DNA of 21,633 nt from a candidate division WOR-3 bacterium (GCA_049969615.1 JBMFOM010000022.1:1-21633), one strand, 5' to 3'; positions 1 through 8,570 are shown, counted from the stretch's first letter. Notes: generated from the letters alone by a model not told the origin. Program-made: numbers and translations.

Positions 1-2
1 CA

Positions 3-203
3 ACAAAGAGCACCACCCCGGCCTCGGTAAAAAGGACGCTTTCCGAAAGGGGAATCCTGATACGGGCTCATACGGACGCAACGCTCACCGAGGAGCTCCC
101 AGAGGCATACAAGGATGTTGCGGATGTAGTGGAGGTTGTCCACAATGCCGGCCTTGCCAGGAGGGTCGTCAGGATGAGGCCGGTGGCAGTGATAAAGGGA
201 TAG
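3..203 (+). CDS. rtcB: RNA ligase RtcB, C-terminal fragment (gene begins upstream of the window)
   Basis: Not in the ORF track. Manual translation from nt 3 gives TKSTTPASVKRTLSERGILIRAHTDATLTEELPEAYKDVADVVEVVHNAGLARRVVRMRPVAVIKG*, matching the RtcB C-terminal pattern EExPxAYKD...VV...G...V.R..P....KG. TAG stop at 201-203. Confidence 0.93.
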   Translation, partial: TKSTTPASVKRTLSERGILIRAHTDATLTEELPEAYKDVADVVEVVHNAGLARRVVRMRPVAVIKG

Positions 204-295
204 GGTCTTTGCTCCGAAATTGCCAAACCCTTGCCCCAATTTGGATATAGCCACAAAAGCACAGCCGGGTGAAGGATCACTGTTTTATCCCGCGC

Positions 296-325
296 TTGCA
301 CCCTTCTGCCTTCATGGCGTATATT
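296..325 (+). promoter_or_regulatory. Putative sigma70 promoter for the lipoprotein gene
   Basis: TTGCAC (296-301), 18-nt spacer, TATATT (320-325), 12 nt before the ATG at 338. Confidence 0.45.
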
Positions 326-337
326 CTAAGCCTCAGG

Positions 338-856
338 ATGAAAAGGGGAGTTTTTCTTTTTGTCCTTGTTGGACTTGCATGCCAGAGGGGGGATCCCGTC
401 CAGATAGGACTTGATTACCTCACATACATAGAGGAGGGCAAATACGACCAGGCATATAACCTCATAGACAAGATATCCAGGGAAAACACCACCAAGGAAG
501 ACTTCGTAAAATACTGGGAGGAACAGGAGTCCAAATACGGCAAGCCATACAAGCACGAGGTAGTTGAAACCGGCACGGACAGCGGCATGATCGTCATAGA
601 CTACTACTGGTATTACCACCCGCCTGCAGACACTCATTTCTACGAACCAATGAGGAGCTACAGGCTAAAACTCAAAAGGGATTTCCAGGGCTGGAGGGTT
701 AAGTTCCGCAAATACAAGATAATAAAGACCCCCAGGGCCACGAATGAGCCGGGTCCTCCAGAAAAAAGCGAATACTGCCGCGCTGGCTCTTGCAAGGATA
801 TTCCCGAAATACTGAAGGGCGAAACTTTGGTACATCTAGCCCATAAGGCAATTTGA
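338..856 (+). CDS. Putative lipoprotein, NTF2-like/DUF4878-like domain
   Basis: ATG at 338 gives MKRGVFLFVLVGLAC: basic N-terminus, hydrophobic core, lipobox-like GLAC. It continues P..IG..YL..IEEGKYDQAY.L.....R.....E.F and ends in LKR....W.V, typical of NTF2-like lipoproteins. The track start at 269 lies upstream of the putative promoter. Confidence 0.7.
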   Translation: MKRGVFLFVLVGLACQRGDPVQIGLDYLTYIEEGKYDQAYNLIDKISRENTTKEDFVKYWEEQESKYGKPYKHEVVETGTDSGMIVIDYYWYYHPPADTHFYEPMRSYRLKLKRDFQGWRVKFRKYKIIKTPRATNEPGPPEKSEYCRAGSCKDIPEILKGETLVHLAHKAI

Positions 857-866
857 CCTGATCGGG

Positions 867-2594
867 ATGAACAGGGAAGACCTGCTCAAAAGACTCTCGC
901 ACTTGCCAGAAAGCAAGGCACGGGCATTCACCGATCAGGAGCTCGATCTGATAGCCGGCCTGATGACCGCCCTTCTTGATACAGGACAACCCCAGGTGGA
1001 CATAAGAAAGATAGGTGAGGGCGAACGCCATACCTATTCCTTTATTGTGGTTGCCCAGGATTGGGCTGGAATGCTGGACGCAGTATCCGGTATAATCCAC
1101 GAGCGCGGTCACAACATTCAATACCTTACCGCGATGACGGATTCCTCCGGCAAGCTGGCACTCATAATGATCGTCCTCCTCCTTACGCCGAAGGAGGCAA
1201 GGGGCTTTGAGGCCCAGAAATCCGAATTCGTCTCTCTCCTCAAGATGGCCGCCCAGGGGGGCCTTTCCATAAGGAGGATGGTCACGATAGGCGCCACAAA
1301 GATGAGGGTTTTTAGCGCTATCCTGCGGGAGCTCCGGTTCAAAGCTTCCGAGGAGGAGTTCGTGGAGATAACTGCCCCGGGGGGTGAGCTTGAGCAGTTC
1401 GTAACCACAAGGTCAGAGTCTTATCTCACAGAACGTTTTCCGGGGGACCTCGCTCTTCTCATACTCACCCAGCACCGGTTCCAAAAGGCCGTTAAGGAAA
1501 CCAGCGGAGTCCAGGTCAAGGTATCCAACATGAAAACCTCAAAAGAACACCTCACGGGCATAACGGTTGCGGGGCTTGACCGGTTTCTCTCGCTTGATAC
1601 GGTCCTGGAGGCCATCAGGGAATTCATTCCAGACTACAAACGCAGGTATGACAAGGAATTCGTTACCGAAGACGGTGTCTCTGTCGTTAGGGTGGAGATA
1701 ACGGATGCGGATTATAGCCCCGTTTCCGCGGAGGACTGCCTCGCTCTTGAGAATTTCTTGAGAACAAGGCTTGAGGAATCAAGAGCAAAACGGAGAGACC
1801 TCCGGCTGAAGTCCGGCGCGGAGCTAACAGGCAGGATACTGGTTCCGAGGCTGATAGAGGAGACCGAGATAACCAAAAGGCCCCAATTGCTCATCCTTCC
1901 GGAGGGAATGGAGGAGGGCGTCGCTCAGTTCAGGATGATCCTGATAAACAGCGGGCAGGGTTTTTCGGATCAGATAAGGCGAAGGCTTGATGAAATTAAG
2001 GGAATAGTCGTATCAAGCCTGAAGGTCAGCCTCGCGAGAGACAAGAACATCTGCCTTTTCGCTCTTTTCGTTGATACCTCATACTTCGGCTCCGAGGAAG
2101 ATATATACAGCGCGATAAAAAAGGCCGTCCAGCAGTTCCTTCCCGATGTTAGGGACTTTGATGAGGGCATGAGGCGTATGGGGGTTGAGCGTCTCAGACG
2201 CATAACCGAAATAGTCTCGGAAAGGGGGATATCCCCCAGATTCGTCAAAAGGGTATTCTATGGCATGGATGATGCCTACAGGGTCACAACTCCGCCGGAG
2301 GAAATAGCGGAGGAGATAGTCTTCGTTCAGGACATCCTGAACAGGTTTCTCTCAAAAGGGGAGGTTGTCGCGGACTACATTGCTCACCGCGACTCCTATT
2401 TCTTCGGCATAGCAGGGCCTCGCGGGAATCTTTCGCTGGAGCCTTTCGTTGAACTTTTCAGGACATACGATCCTATATTCACGGGCCTGGAGATGATGGG
2501 GGTCAATATATATCTTTTTAAGATCAAGAAAACAAAGGATGTTAAGCCAAGATCGCTCTTGAAAGAGATGCGACAGAAGGAGGCGCCGAAATGA
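867..2594 (+). CDS. Uncharacterised 575-aa protein with repeated helix+ACT-like modules (resembles regulatory parts of GlnD or large NAD-glutamate dehydrogenase)
   Basis: ACT-like motif FIVVAQDWAGMLDAVSGIIHERGHNI and a second, ITVAGLDRFLSLDTVLEAI. Repeated linker helices LPESKARAFTDQEL, RSESYLTERFPGDL and MDDAYRVTTPPEEIAE. No nucleotidyltransferase, HD or Rossmann motif recognised. The CDS is solid; the function is uncertain. Confidence 0.7.
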   Translation: MNREDLLKRLSHLPESKARAFTDQELDLIAGLMTALLDTGQPQVDIRKIGEGERHTYSFIVVAQDWAGMLDAVSGIIHERGHNIQYLTAMTDSSGKLALIMIVLLLTPKEARGFEAQKSEFVSLLKMAAQGGLSIRRMVTIGATKMRVFSAILRELRFKASEEEFVEITAPGGELEQFVTTRSESYLTERFPGDLALLILTQHRFQKAVKETSGVQVKVSNMKTSKEHLTGITVAGLDRFLSLDTVLEAIREFIPDYKRRYDKEFVTEDGVSVVRVEITDADYSPVSAEDCLALENFLRTRLEESRAKRRDLRLKSGAELTGRILVPRLIEETEITKRPQLLILPEGMEEGVAQFRMILINSGQGFSDQIRRRLDEIKGIVVSSLKVSLARDKNICLFALFVDTSYFGSEEDIYSAIKKAVQQFLPDVRDFDEGMRRMGVERLRRITEIVSERGISPRFVKRVFYGMDDAYRVTTPPEEIAEEIVFVQDILNRFLSKGEVVADYIAHRDSYFFGIAGPRGNLSLEPFVELFRTYDPIFTGLEMMGVNIYLFKIKKTKDVKPRSLLKEMRQKEAPK

Positions 2595-3706
2595 AAACCA
2601 CCATATCCGTTATCAAGGCAGACATAGGCGGTTATGTAGGCCACTCAAGCATGCACCCCGCGCTCATTGAGAAGGCCGAAGAGGAACTCAAGAAGGCAAG
2701 GGATGCGAAGATCATACTGGATTTTTCGGTTCTCAGGGTTGGAGATGACCTTGATCTGGTGATGACCCACACGAAGGGCGATGACAACCCCGATATACAC
2801 GGTCTCGCCTGGGACATATTTGAGAAATGCACGAAGATCGCTGAGGAGCTGGGACTTTACGGAGCTGGACAGGACCTCCTGGCCGACAGCTTCTCCGGCA
2901 ATGTCAAGGGAATGGGCCCGGGCGTCGCCGAGATGACCATAGAGGAGCGCCCATCCGAACCAATAGTGATATTCTGTGCGGACAAAACCAGCCCTTCTGC
3001 TTGGAACCTTCCGCTGTTTGAGATGTTCGCTGACCCACAGTGTACGGCTGGCCTGGTCATAGATCCGAAACTGCACGATGGCTTTGTCTTCCATGTCCTT
3101 GATGTCTACGAGGGAGACCTCTTTAGCCTCGCGTGTCCGGAGGAAATGTATGATCTCCTCGCCATAATAAGCGGAACAGGCAGGTATGTGGTAAAGGAGG
3201 TCACAAAGCGCGACGGCACTCCGGCCGCGTCCGCTTCCGTTCAAAAACTGAACTTCATAAAGGGTGAGTATGTGGGCAAGGACGACCCTGTCCTCATCAC
3301 AAGGGGTCAGAGCGGTTTTCCAGCGATAGGGGAATTGCTTGAGCCATTCGCGAGGCCCCACCTGGTTGATGGCTGGATGAGGGGAAGCCACATAGGCCCC
3401 CTGATGGCTGTTCCGTTCCACCAGGCCAACCCATCCCGTTTTGATGGCCCGCCAAGGGTTATAGCCGCTGGTTACCAGCTCAAGAACGGCAAGCTTGTCG
3501 GCCCGCGGGATATGTTTGATGACCCAGCGTTTGACCACGCGAGGGCTGTCGCCACTGATATGGCCAACTACATGCGCAGGCAGGGTATATTTGAGCCACA
3601 CAGGCTCCCTGAGAGGGAGATGGAATACACCACCCTGCCTCATGTTCTGGAGCGCCTGAGGGCAAAGATGAAGGGAACAAAGGCCCCAAAGGAAAAGAAG
3701 AAGTAA
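2591..3706 (+). CDS. fbp: Fructose-1,6-bisphosphate aldolase/phosphatase (FBPase class V)
   Basis: Motifs SVIKADIGG..GH, VGDD, YGAGQDLLADSFSGNVKGMGPG, ADKT, YVGKDDP (Schiff-base Lys), GWMRGSH, RFDGPP, FEPHRL and MEYTT. 371 aa. ATGA overlap with the upstream gene. Confidence 0.97.
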   Translation: MKTTISVIKADIGGYVGHSSMHPALIEKAEEELKKARDAKIILDFSVLRVGDDLDLVMTHTKGDDNPDIHGLAWDIFEKCTKIAEELGLYGAGQDLLADSFSGNVKGMGPGVAEMTIEERPSEPIVIFCADKTSPSAWNLPLFEMFADPQCTAGLVIDPKLHDGFVFHVLDVYEGDLFSLACPEEMYDLLAIISGTGRYVVKEVTKRDGTPAASASVQKLNFIKGEYVGKDDPVLITRGQSGFPAIGELLEPFARPHLVDGWMRGSHIGPLMAVPFHQANPSRFDGPPRVIAAGYQLKNGKLVGPRDMFDDPAFDHARAVATDMANYMRRQGIFEPHRLPEREMEYTTLPHVLERLRAKMKGTKAPKEKKK

Positions 3707-3715
3707 GAACCCAAG

Positions 3716-4852
3716 ATGGAAGAAATAACTCTCTCTGAGTTCAGAAAATATGTGGCTGAGGTCGCGGAAAGGGAGATAGCTCCCAGGGCAGAGGAGGCTG
3801 ATAGGACAGAGACCTTTCCTTGGGATAGCTGGAAGGCCCTTGCCGGAAACGACCTCCTCGGCGTGAACGCACCGCCGGAATTCGGCGGAATGGGCCTGAG
3901 CAACCAGCACTACGCGACCATGATAGAGGAGATTACCAGGGCAGACCCCTCGGTAGCCGTGACAGCCGCGGTTCACACGGGCCTGGTCATTTACATGATA
4001 AACACATTCGGGAACGCCGAGCAGAAATCAAGGTATTTGCCGGGCCTGATAAGGGGCGAACTCCTTGGGGCCTTCTCTCTATCAGAACCAAACGCGGGTT
4101 CGGATGCTGGAGCCATAAAGACCACAGCGAAAGAGACCTCTGGTGGTTTTGTCCTGAACGGCTCAAAGATATTCTGTTCATCCGGGAGCATCGCGGATGT
4201 CATCATCACCTTCGCGGTAACAGACCCGGATCTGGGTAAAAAGGGGATAACTGCCTTTCTGATTGACAAGGACACGCCGGGTTTCTCCGTTCCTAGACTG
4301 GAACACAAGCTGGGTTGGCGCGGTTCTCCGCTAGCGCAATTAGCCTTTGACGACGCTGTGATCCCAAAAGAGAACATGCTTGGTGAACGGGGTTCGGGTA
4401 TCAAGCTCGCTTTCGCCGCGCTTGACACCGGCAGGGTCGGAATGGCCGCTATGGGCACAGGCATAATAGCCGAGGCACTCTATCTGTCCTCTGAATACGC
4501 AAAGGAAAGAAGGCAGTTCGGGCGCCCAATAGGCAGTTTCGGCGCTGTCGCGGATATGATAGTCAGTATGGCTGTTGACCACGAAGCCGCTCGTATGCTC
4601 ACCCTGAATGCGGCCAGGCTCAAGGACGAGGGCATCCGCTTCACCAAGGAGGCGTCCATAGCAAAGCTTTTTGCGACCGAGGCCGCGATGCGTGCCGCGA
4701 TAAACTGCGTTCAGGTCTTCGGCGGATACGGCTACACCACTGAATACAAACCTGAACGGCTCTTCCGCGATGCCAAGGCCCTTGCCATTGTTGAGGGGAC
4801 GAACCAGATACAGAGGATAGTCATAGCCAGGGAGGTCCTAGGCAAGATCTAG
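3716..4852 (+). CDS. Acyl-CoA dehydrogenase (short/branched-chain type)
   Basis: GAFSLSEPNAGSDA, LNGSKIF, EHKLGWRGS, LDTGR, R.QFGRPI, VQVFGGYGY..EY..ERLFRDAK...IVEGTNQIQR (catalytic Glu). Confidence 0.96.
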   Translation: MEEITLSEFRKYVAEVAEREIAPRAEEADRTETFPWDSWKALAGNDLLGVNAPPEFGGMGLSNQHYATMIEEITRADPSVAVTAAVHTGLVIYMINTFGNAEQKSRYLPGLIRGELLGAFSLSEPNAGSDAGAIKTTAKETSGGFVLNGSKIFCSSGSIADVIITFAVTDPDLGKKGITAFLIDKDTPGFSVPRLEHKLGWRGSPLAQLAFDDAVIPKENMLGERGSGIKLAFAALDTGRVGMAAMGTGIIAEALYLSSEYAKERRQFGRPIGSFGAVADMIVSMAVDHEAARMLTLNAARLKDEGIRFTKEASIAKLFATEAAMRAAINCVQVFGGYGYTTEYKPERLFRDAKALAIVEGTNQIQRIVIAREVLGKI

Positions 4853-4870
4853 GGGCAACCCTAATTAGCT

Positions 4871-4900
4871 CTTAGCGAGGAGCGCTGAGGTTCTGTCTGT
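4871..4900 (+). terminator. Possible intrinsic terminator between convergent genes
   Basis: Stem CTTAGCG / CGCTGAG (one G-U pair) with a 5-nt loop, followed by a weakly U-rich tail GTTCTGTCTGT. Confidence 0.3.
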
Positions 4901-4985
4901 TGGGACAAGAATAGAAAGAGGGCCACCAAGAGGGTCTAGCCCAAAGGTCACCCTGAGGCCGATTGTGCCTTGGCAGTAATTGCGG

Positions 4986-6560
4986 TTAGTAGACCTCTCT
5001 TATCACGACACCCCTGAAGTAGTGCAAGAGTATCTCCATGTAGTTTTTGCCCTCATTTGCCATCACGCCCGCGCCTATCTGACACATGCCTGAGCCGTGG
5101 CCGAACCCGCCGCCCCTTATCGTAAGTTTCTTGCCTTCCTTTTCAAGGTAAAACAGCGCGCTCTCTAGGCCTAAGGCCTGGCGAATGTTGTATTCTCCCT
5201 CAAGCGTCAGGGTTTTCTTTGTCCCGGTCACTACCAGTCTGGTGACCCTGCCCCCCGGCCCCCTATCCTTGACCTCCATAGATGTTATGTTCCCCGGATC
5301 GTTACCCGTGTTTTTGGCTATGGTAGAGCCCCATTCAGCGCCGGTCTTTGACTTCTCCCACCGGAAATAGGCCTTGCCATATTTGAATCCCGATGGAAAA
5401 TCATGGGTTTTGGGATTACACCATACATCCGGCGGATTATCTATGAATTTCTTAATGTCAAGTTCAAAGCTGTCCGGAGCGTCCGGCCTCGCGCCTGTGC
5501 CCGGAATATCCTCGCCCCAAACAGCCTGTGATGTCTCCAGGAAACCTCCGCACGAGGCGTGAAAAGGCGCTTTTATTATCCTGCCCTCATAAAGAAGCAC
5601 ACAGCCCCGTGTCTCCTTTACCGCTGAGTCAACCCTTGCCCATCCCTCTCCGATGCCATTATAGACCTGAGTGAAAACATCATCCGTCAGGTCGTATGGT
5701 TCGCCGGTCAGCTTGAACTTCTTTCCCCAAACAAAGAAAGCGTGGCAACGGGCGAGGACAGCCTGCGCCTTCAGGGCTTCTTTTGGAAACCCCGGCCCCA
5801 TCTCATATGGCAGGACGCCAACCAGATAATTCTCCATCTGGACCTCATTGACCAGGAGGATTCCTCTTCCGTCCGTTGAGGGCAGAAACTCCAGGATGTC
5901 GGGATAAAGTTTTCCGTTTATGCCAATTGGTTTGTAGCCCGTTATCCTCAAAGGCCCTTCTGCTACGACCGGAACCCTTCCGTCTGGCGCGACCAGCTCA
6001 AGCGTTCCGGCGGCCGGGTTTTCGGTCAGTTTTATTACTGCTTGTCGCGGTTTCGGAGCATTTTTCATCGCCTCGGACTCGGTTGCATATGGCCCCACGA
6101 GCACAGCGAAATCCCTCATGTCAATTGTTTCCTGAGGAAACGCGAAGACTTTTCCCATAGGCATGACTACGCTCCGCGGGTATCCCTTCTGGATGAGCGA
6201 CAGGACCGTGTCGTGTGCGGCCGAGGAATCCGGCCCGCGCCACATCATCATCCAGAAGCAAAACCGGGCGGATTTCAACCCCTTTGCCCTCACCCTCCAT
6301 TTGCCAGGCCAGGCCTTAAAGACCCCCTGGCTACCCACCATGACCCAGAATGAATCCGAGGCCTGGAGCTCAAAGGATTGCCTCTCATCTATCCCCACCC
6401 GGATGAAGGGACCCATTGGTGAGGGGCATTCAATCACGCCCTCTGGCAGTTGTTTTCTCTCAGGTTCCTGAACCGAGATAGGCTGGACAATCCGGGATGC
6501 CTCCCGCGGCGTACACGAGAGCACTGGTATTATCAGCCAAATGGCGAGCCTTGTTTTCAA
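4986..6560 (-). CDS. SpoIID/LytB-family lytic transglycosylase, probable lipoprotein with a SPOR-like insert
   Basis: VNEVQMENYLVGVLPYEM, EALKAQAVLAR, DLTDDVFTQVYNG, AVKETRG, FHASCGG, GGGFGHGSGMCQIGA..MA..G..Y.EIL.HYF. N-terminal MKTRLAIWLIIPVLSC lipobox. VLVGPYATESEA resembles SPOR. TTG start. Confidence 0.92.
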   Translation of the reverse strand: MKTRLAIWLIIPVLSCTPREASRIVQPISVQEPERKQLPEGVIECPSPMGPFIRVGIDERQSFELQASDSFWVMVGSQGVFKAWPGKWRVRAKGLKSARFCFWMMMWRGPDSSAAHDTVLSLIQKGYPRSVVMPMGKVFAFPQETIDMRDFAVLVGPYATESEAMKNAPKPRQAVIKLTENPAAGTLELVAPDGRVPVVAEGPLRITGYKPIGINGKLYPDILEFLPSTDGRGILLVNEVQMENYLVGVLPYEMGPGFPKEALKAQAVLARCHAFFVWGKKFKLTGEPYDLTDDVFTQVYNGIGEGWARVDSAVKETRGCVLLYEGRIIKAPFHASCGGFLETSQAVWGEDIPGTGARPDAPDSFELDIKKFIDNPPDVWCNPKTHDFPSGFKYGKAYFRWEKSKTGAEWGSTIAKNTGNDPGNITSMEVKDRGPGGRVTRLVVTGTKKTLTLEGEYNIRQALGLESALFYLEKEGKKLTIRGGGFGHGSGMCQIGAGVMANEGKNYMEILLHYFRGVVIREVY

Positions 6561-6567
6561 GACCTAT

Positions 6568-6597
6568 ATTATGGGTGGCTTGAATGGCTTAGTTCAA
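6568..6597 (-). promoter_or_regulatory. Putative sigma70 promoter giving a leaderless SpoIID/LytB mRNA
   Basis: Minus strand TTGAAC, 18 nt, CATAAT, then 7 nt to the TTG start at 6560. Confidence 0.45.
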
Positions 6598-6641
6598 ACT
6601 GGTTGCTCTCCCTACCCTGAAACCGGAACCAGCCGGATTCC

Positions 6642-7208
6642 CTAACCAGCTCTTTCAACCATCTTCAGGAAATTCAACACCAGCCTCTCGCCGCGCTTGG
6701 ACAGAGCCGATTCCGGATGAAACTGGATTCCCCAGACGGGCAGGCTCTTGTGCTCAAGCCCGGCCACATCTCCGTTCTCGTCAAAGGCAGTGGCCCTCAG
6801 TCCCGTCGGCAAAGGCTGGTCCAGGACAAGGGAGTGATATCGAACGAAACCGCAAGGGTTTGGAAGCCCAGCAAAAAGCCCCTGGCCGTCGTGTTCTATC
6901 TGTGAGATGACCCCGTGGGCTATGCGTGTCGCCCTTCTAATCCTGCCGCCCATTGCCACGCCTATTATTTGGTGGCCCAGGCATATTCCGAGCACCGGAA
7001 CTGCCCCGGCTATATCAACCAAAAGCCGGATGCTCTCCGGGACATCCATGGGGCTGTGGGGGCCTGGACCGAGGATCACGGGGCTGTTGCGGACGCAGTC
7101 CTCAGCCGAAACCTCCGTATAATCAACTACTGCAACATCCTGGCCCAGCCCCCTGAAAAGGTGATATATGTTGTATGTGAAGGAGTCCCGGTGATCAACT
7201 ATAAGCAC
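6642..7208 (-). CDS. Anthranilate/aminodeoxychorismate synthase component II (class I glutamine amidotransferase, TrpG/PabA)
   Basis: IVDHRDSFTYN, ILGPGPHSP, PVLGICLGHQ (catalytic Cys), RYHSL, GIQFHPES (His/Glu). GTG at 7208 gives MLIVDH, like the family N-terminus; the track start is TTG at 7214. Confidence 0.93.
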   Translation of the reverse strand: MLIVDHRDSFTYNIYHLFRGLGQDVAVVDYTEVSAEDCVRNSPVILGPGPHSPMDVPESIRLLVDIAGAVPVLGICLGHQIIGVAMGGRIRRATRIAHGVISQIEHDGQGLFAGLPNPCGFVRYHSLVLDQPLPTGLRATAFDENGDVAGLEHKSLPVWGIQFHPESALSKRGERLVLNFLKMVERAG

Positions 7209-7214
7209 CCACAA

Positions 7215-7244
7215 ATTATGAGAGTTGCACTATGGCATTGACAA
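7215..7244 (-). promoter_or_regulatory. Putative sigma70 promoter giving a leaderless trpG/pabA mRNA
   Basis: Minus strand TTGTCA, 18 nt, CATAAT, then 6 nt to the GTG at 7208. Confidence 0.5.
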
Positions 7245-7308
7245 CTATTAAGGGTCTCAGCGGTAATTCTGGAACCCAGTTCTCCTGAAGCTTTAGACTT
7301 TCAGGGTT

Positions 7309-7866
7309 ATGCTTGAGGAAATATATGCGGACACGCGAGACCGTATGACAAAATCAACCGAGGCCTTCCGGCAAGAGTTGAGCAGGGTAAGAACAGGCAG
7401 GGCATCCCCGCAACTGCTTGATGGGATAAAGGTTGAGGCCTATGGCTCATCAGTGCCGCTGAACCAGGTCGCCACAGTTTCTGTCCCGGAACCGAGATTG
7501 ATCGTCCTCTCGGTATGGGATAAGACCCTGGTCGGGGAGGTTGAGAGGGCCATATTGAAGTCCGGTCTCGGTTTTAACCCCATGATTCAGGGTTCGCTGA
7601 TAAGGATACCTGTCCCTCCCCTCAGCGAGGAGCGCAGACAGGAAATGGTAAAGCTGGTCAAAAAGATGGCTGAGGAGGCGAAGGTCGCGGTCAGGAATAT
7701 CCGCCGGGACAGCATAGAGATGGTCCGAGACCTTGAAAAAGAGAAAGAAATATCCGAGGATGCTCGGCACAGAGCCGAAGCGGAGATTCAGAGGATGACG
7801 GACGAGTTCATCCAGAAAATAGACAAGATACTATCAGATAAGGAAAAGGATCTCACCGAGTTTTGA
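7309..7866 (+). CDS. frr: Ribosome recycling factor
   Basis: 185 aa; RTGRASP.LLD.I.VEAYG, PLNQVA, IRIPVPPLSEERR, KVAVRNIRRD, ISED, KEKDL. Confidence 0.98.
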   Translation: MLEEIYADTRDRMTKSTEAFRQELSRVRTGRASPQLLDGIKVEAYGSSVPLNQVATVSVPEPRLIVLSVWDKTLVGEVERAILKSGLGFNPMIQGSLIRIPVPPLSEERRQEMVKLVKKMAEEAKVAVRNIRRDSIEMVRDLEKEKEISEDARHRAEAEIQRMTDEFIQKIDKILSDKEKDLTEF

Positions 7867-8570
7867 GCGAGGCGAACATCCCCAGGCACCTGGCCATAAT
7901 AATGGATGGCAACGGCCGGTGGGCAACCCAGCGCGGCCTCCCGCGGATAATGGGCCATAGGGCCGGAATTGAATCAGTCAGGGAGATTGTTCGGGCCTGC
8001 CGGGATGTCGGGATTGAGTGGCTCACCCTCTTCACCTTCTCCTCTGAGAACTGGAAACGCCCCCCGGACGAGGTCTCCTTCTTGATGAACATGCTGAAGG
8101 AGCTTCTGGCTAGGGAAACCGAGGAGCTGGATAGGAACGGCGTCAGGATACGTTGTATGGGCAGGATAAAACAGCTTCCGCAGGAGGTCCAGGATGAGCT
8201 CATGAGGTCCATAGAGAAAACCAAGAACAACACCTCGTTGAACCTCGTGCTCGCGCTGAGCTACGGTGGACAGGCCGAGATAGCTGACGCGGCCAGGACA
8301 CTGGCCGAGAGGGCCCTGGCTGGTGAGCTTGATCCGGGCAGGATTAACGAGGACACATTCCAGAATTTTCTGTATATCCCGGAGATGCCGCCGGTTGACC
8401 TTTTGATCCGGACATCCATGGAACTGCGCATATCAAACTTCATGCTCTGGCAAACTGCTTATGCGGAACTCTATTTCACCGAGACACTCTGGCCGGATTT
8501 TCGTAAGCCCGAACTGCTAAATGCGATAGAGGATTTCGCCAGGAGAGAGAGGAGATTCGGAGGGATTTAG
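7863..8570 (+). CDS. uppS: Undecaprenyl diphosphate synthase (cis-isoprenyl transferase)
   Basis: PRHLAIIMDGNGRWA, FSSENWKRP..EV, LSYGG, DLLIRTS.E.RISNFMLWQ.AYAELYF...LWPDF, RERRFGG. TTG start overlapping the frr stop by 4 nt. Confidence 0.97.
   Translation: MSEANIPRHLAIIMDGNGRWATQRGLPRIMGHRAGIESVREIVRACRDVGIEWLTLFTFSSENWKRPPDEVSFLMNMLKELLARETEELDRNGVRIRCMGRIKQLPQEVQDELMRSIEKTKNNTSLNLVLALSYGGQAEIADAARTLAERALAGELDPGRINEDTFQNFLYIPEMPPVDLLIRTSMELRISNFMLWQTAYAELYFTETLWPDFRKPELLNAIEDFARRERRFGGI

Noticed and set aside
68..414. Track ORFs 68-301 (-) and 220-414 (+)
   Set aside because: They overlap the rtcB tail and the lipoprotein gene and show no family features.
2645..3976. 443-aa minus-strand ORF
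   Set aside because: Antisense shadow of fbp and the acyl-CoA dehydrogenase, with no recognisable motifs.
4849..4864. TAGGG-GCAA-CCCTA hairpin at the acyl-CoA dehydrogenase stop
   Set aside because: Only a 5-bp stem and no U tract; too weak to call a terminator.
7238..7243. Perfect TTGACA upstream of frr
   Set aside because: No acceptable -10 at 16-19 nt; it overlaps the minus-strand -35 proposed for trpG.
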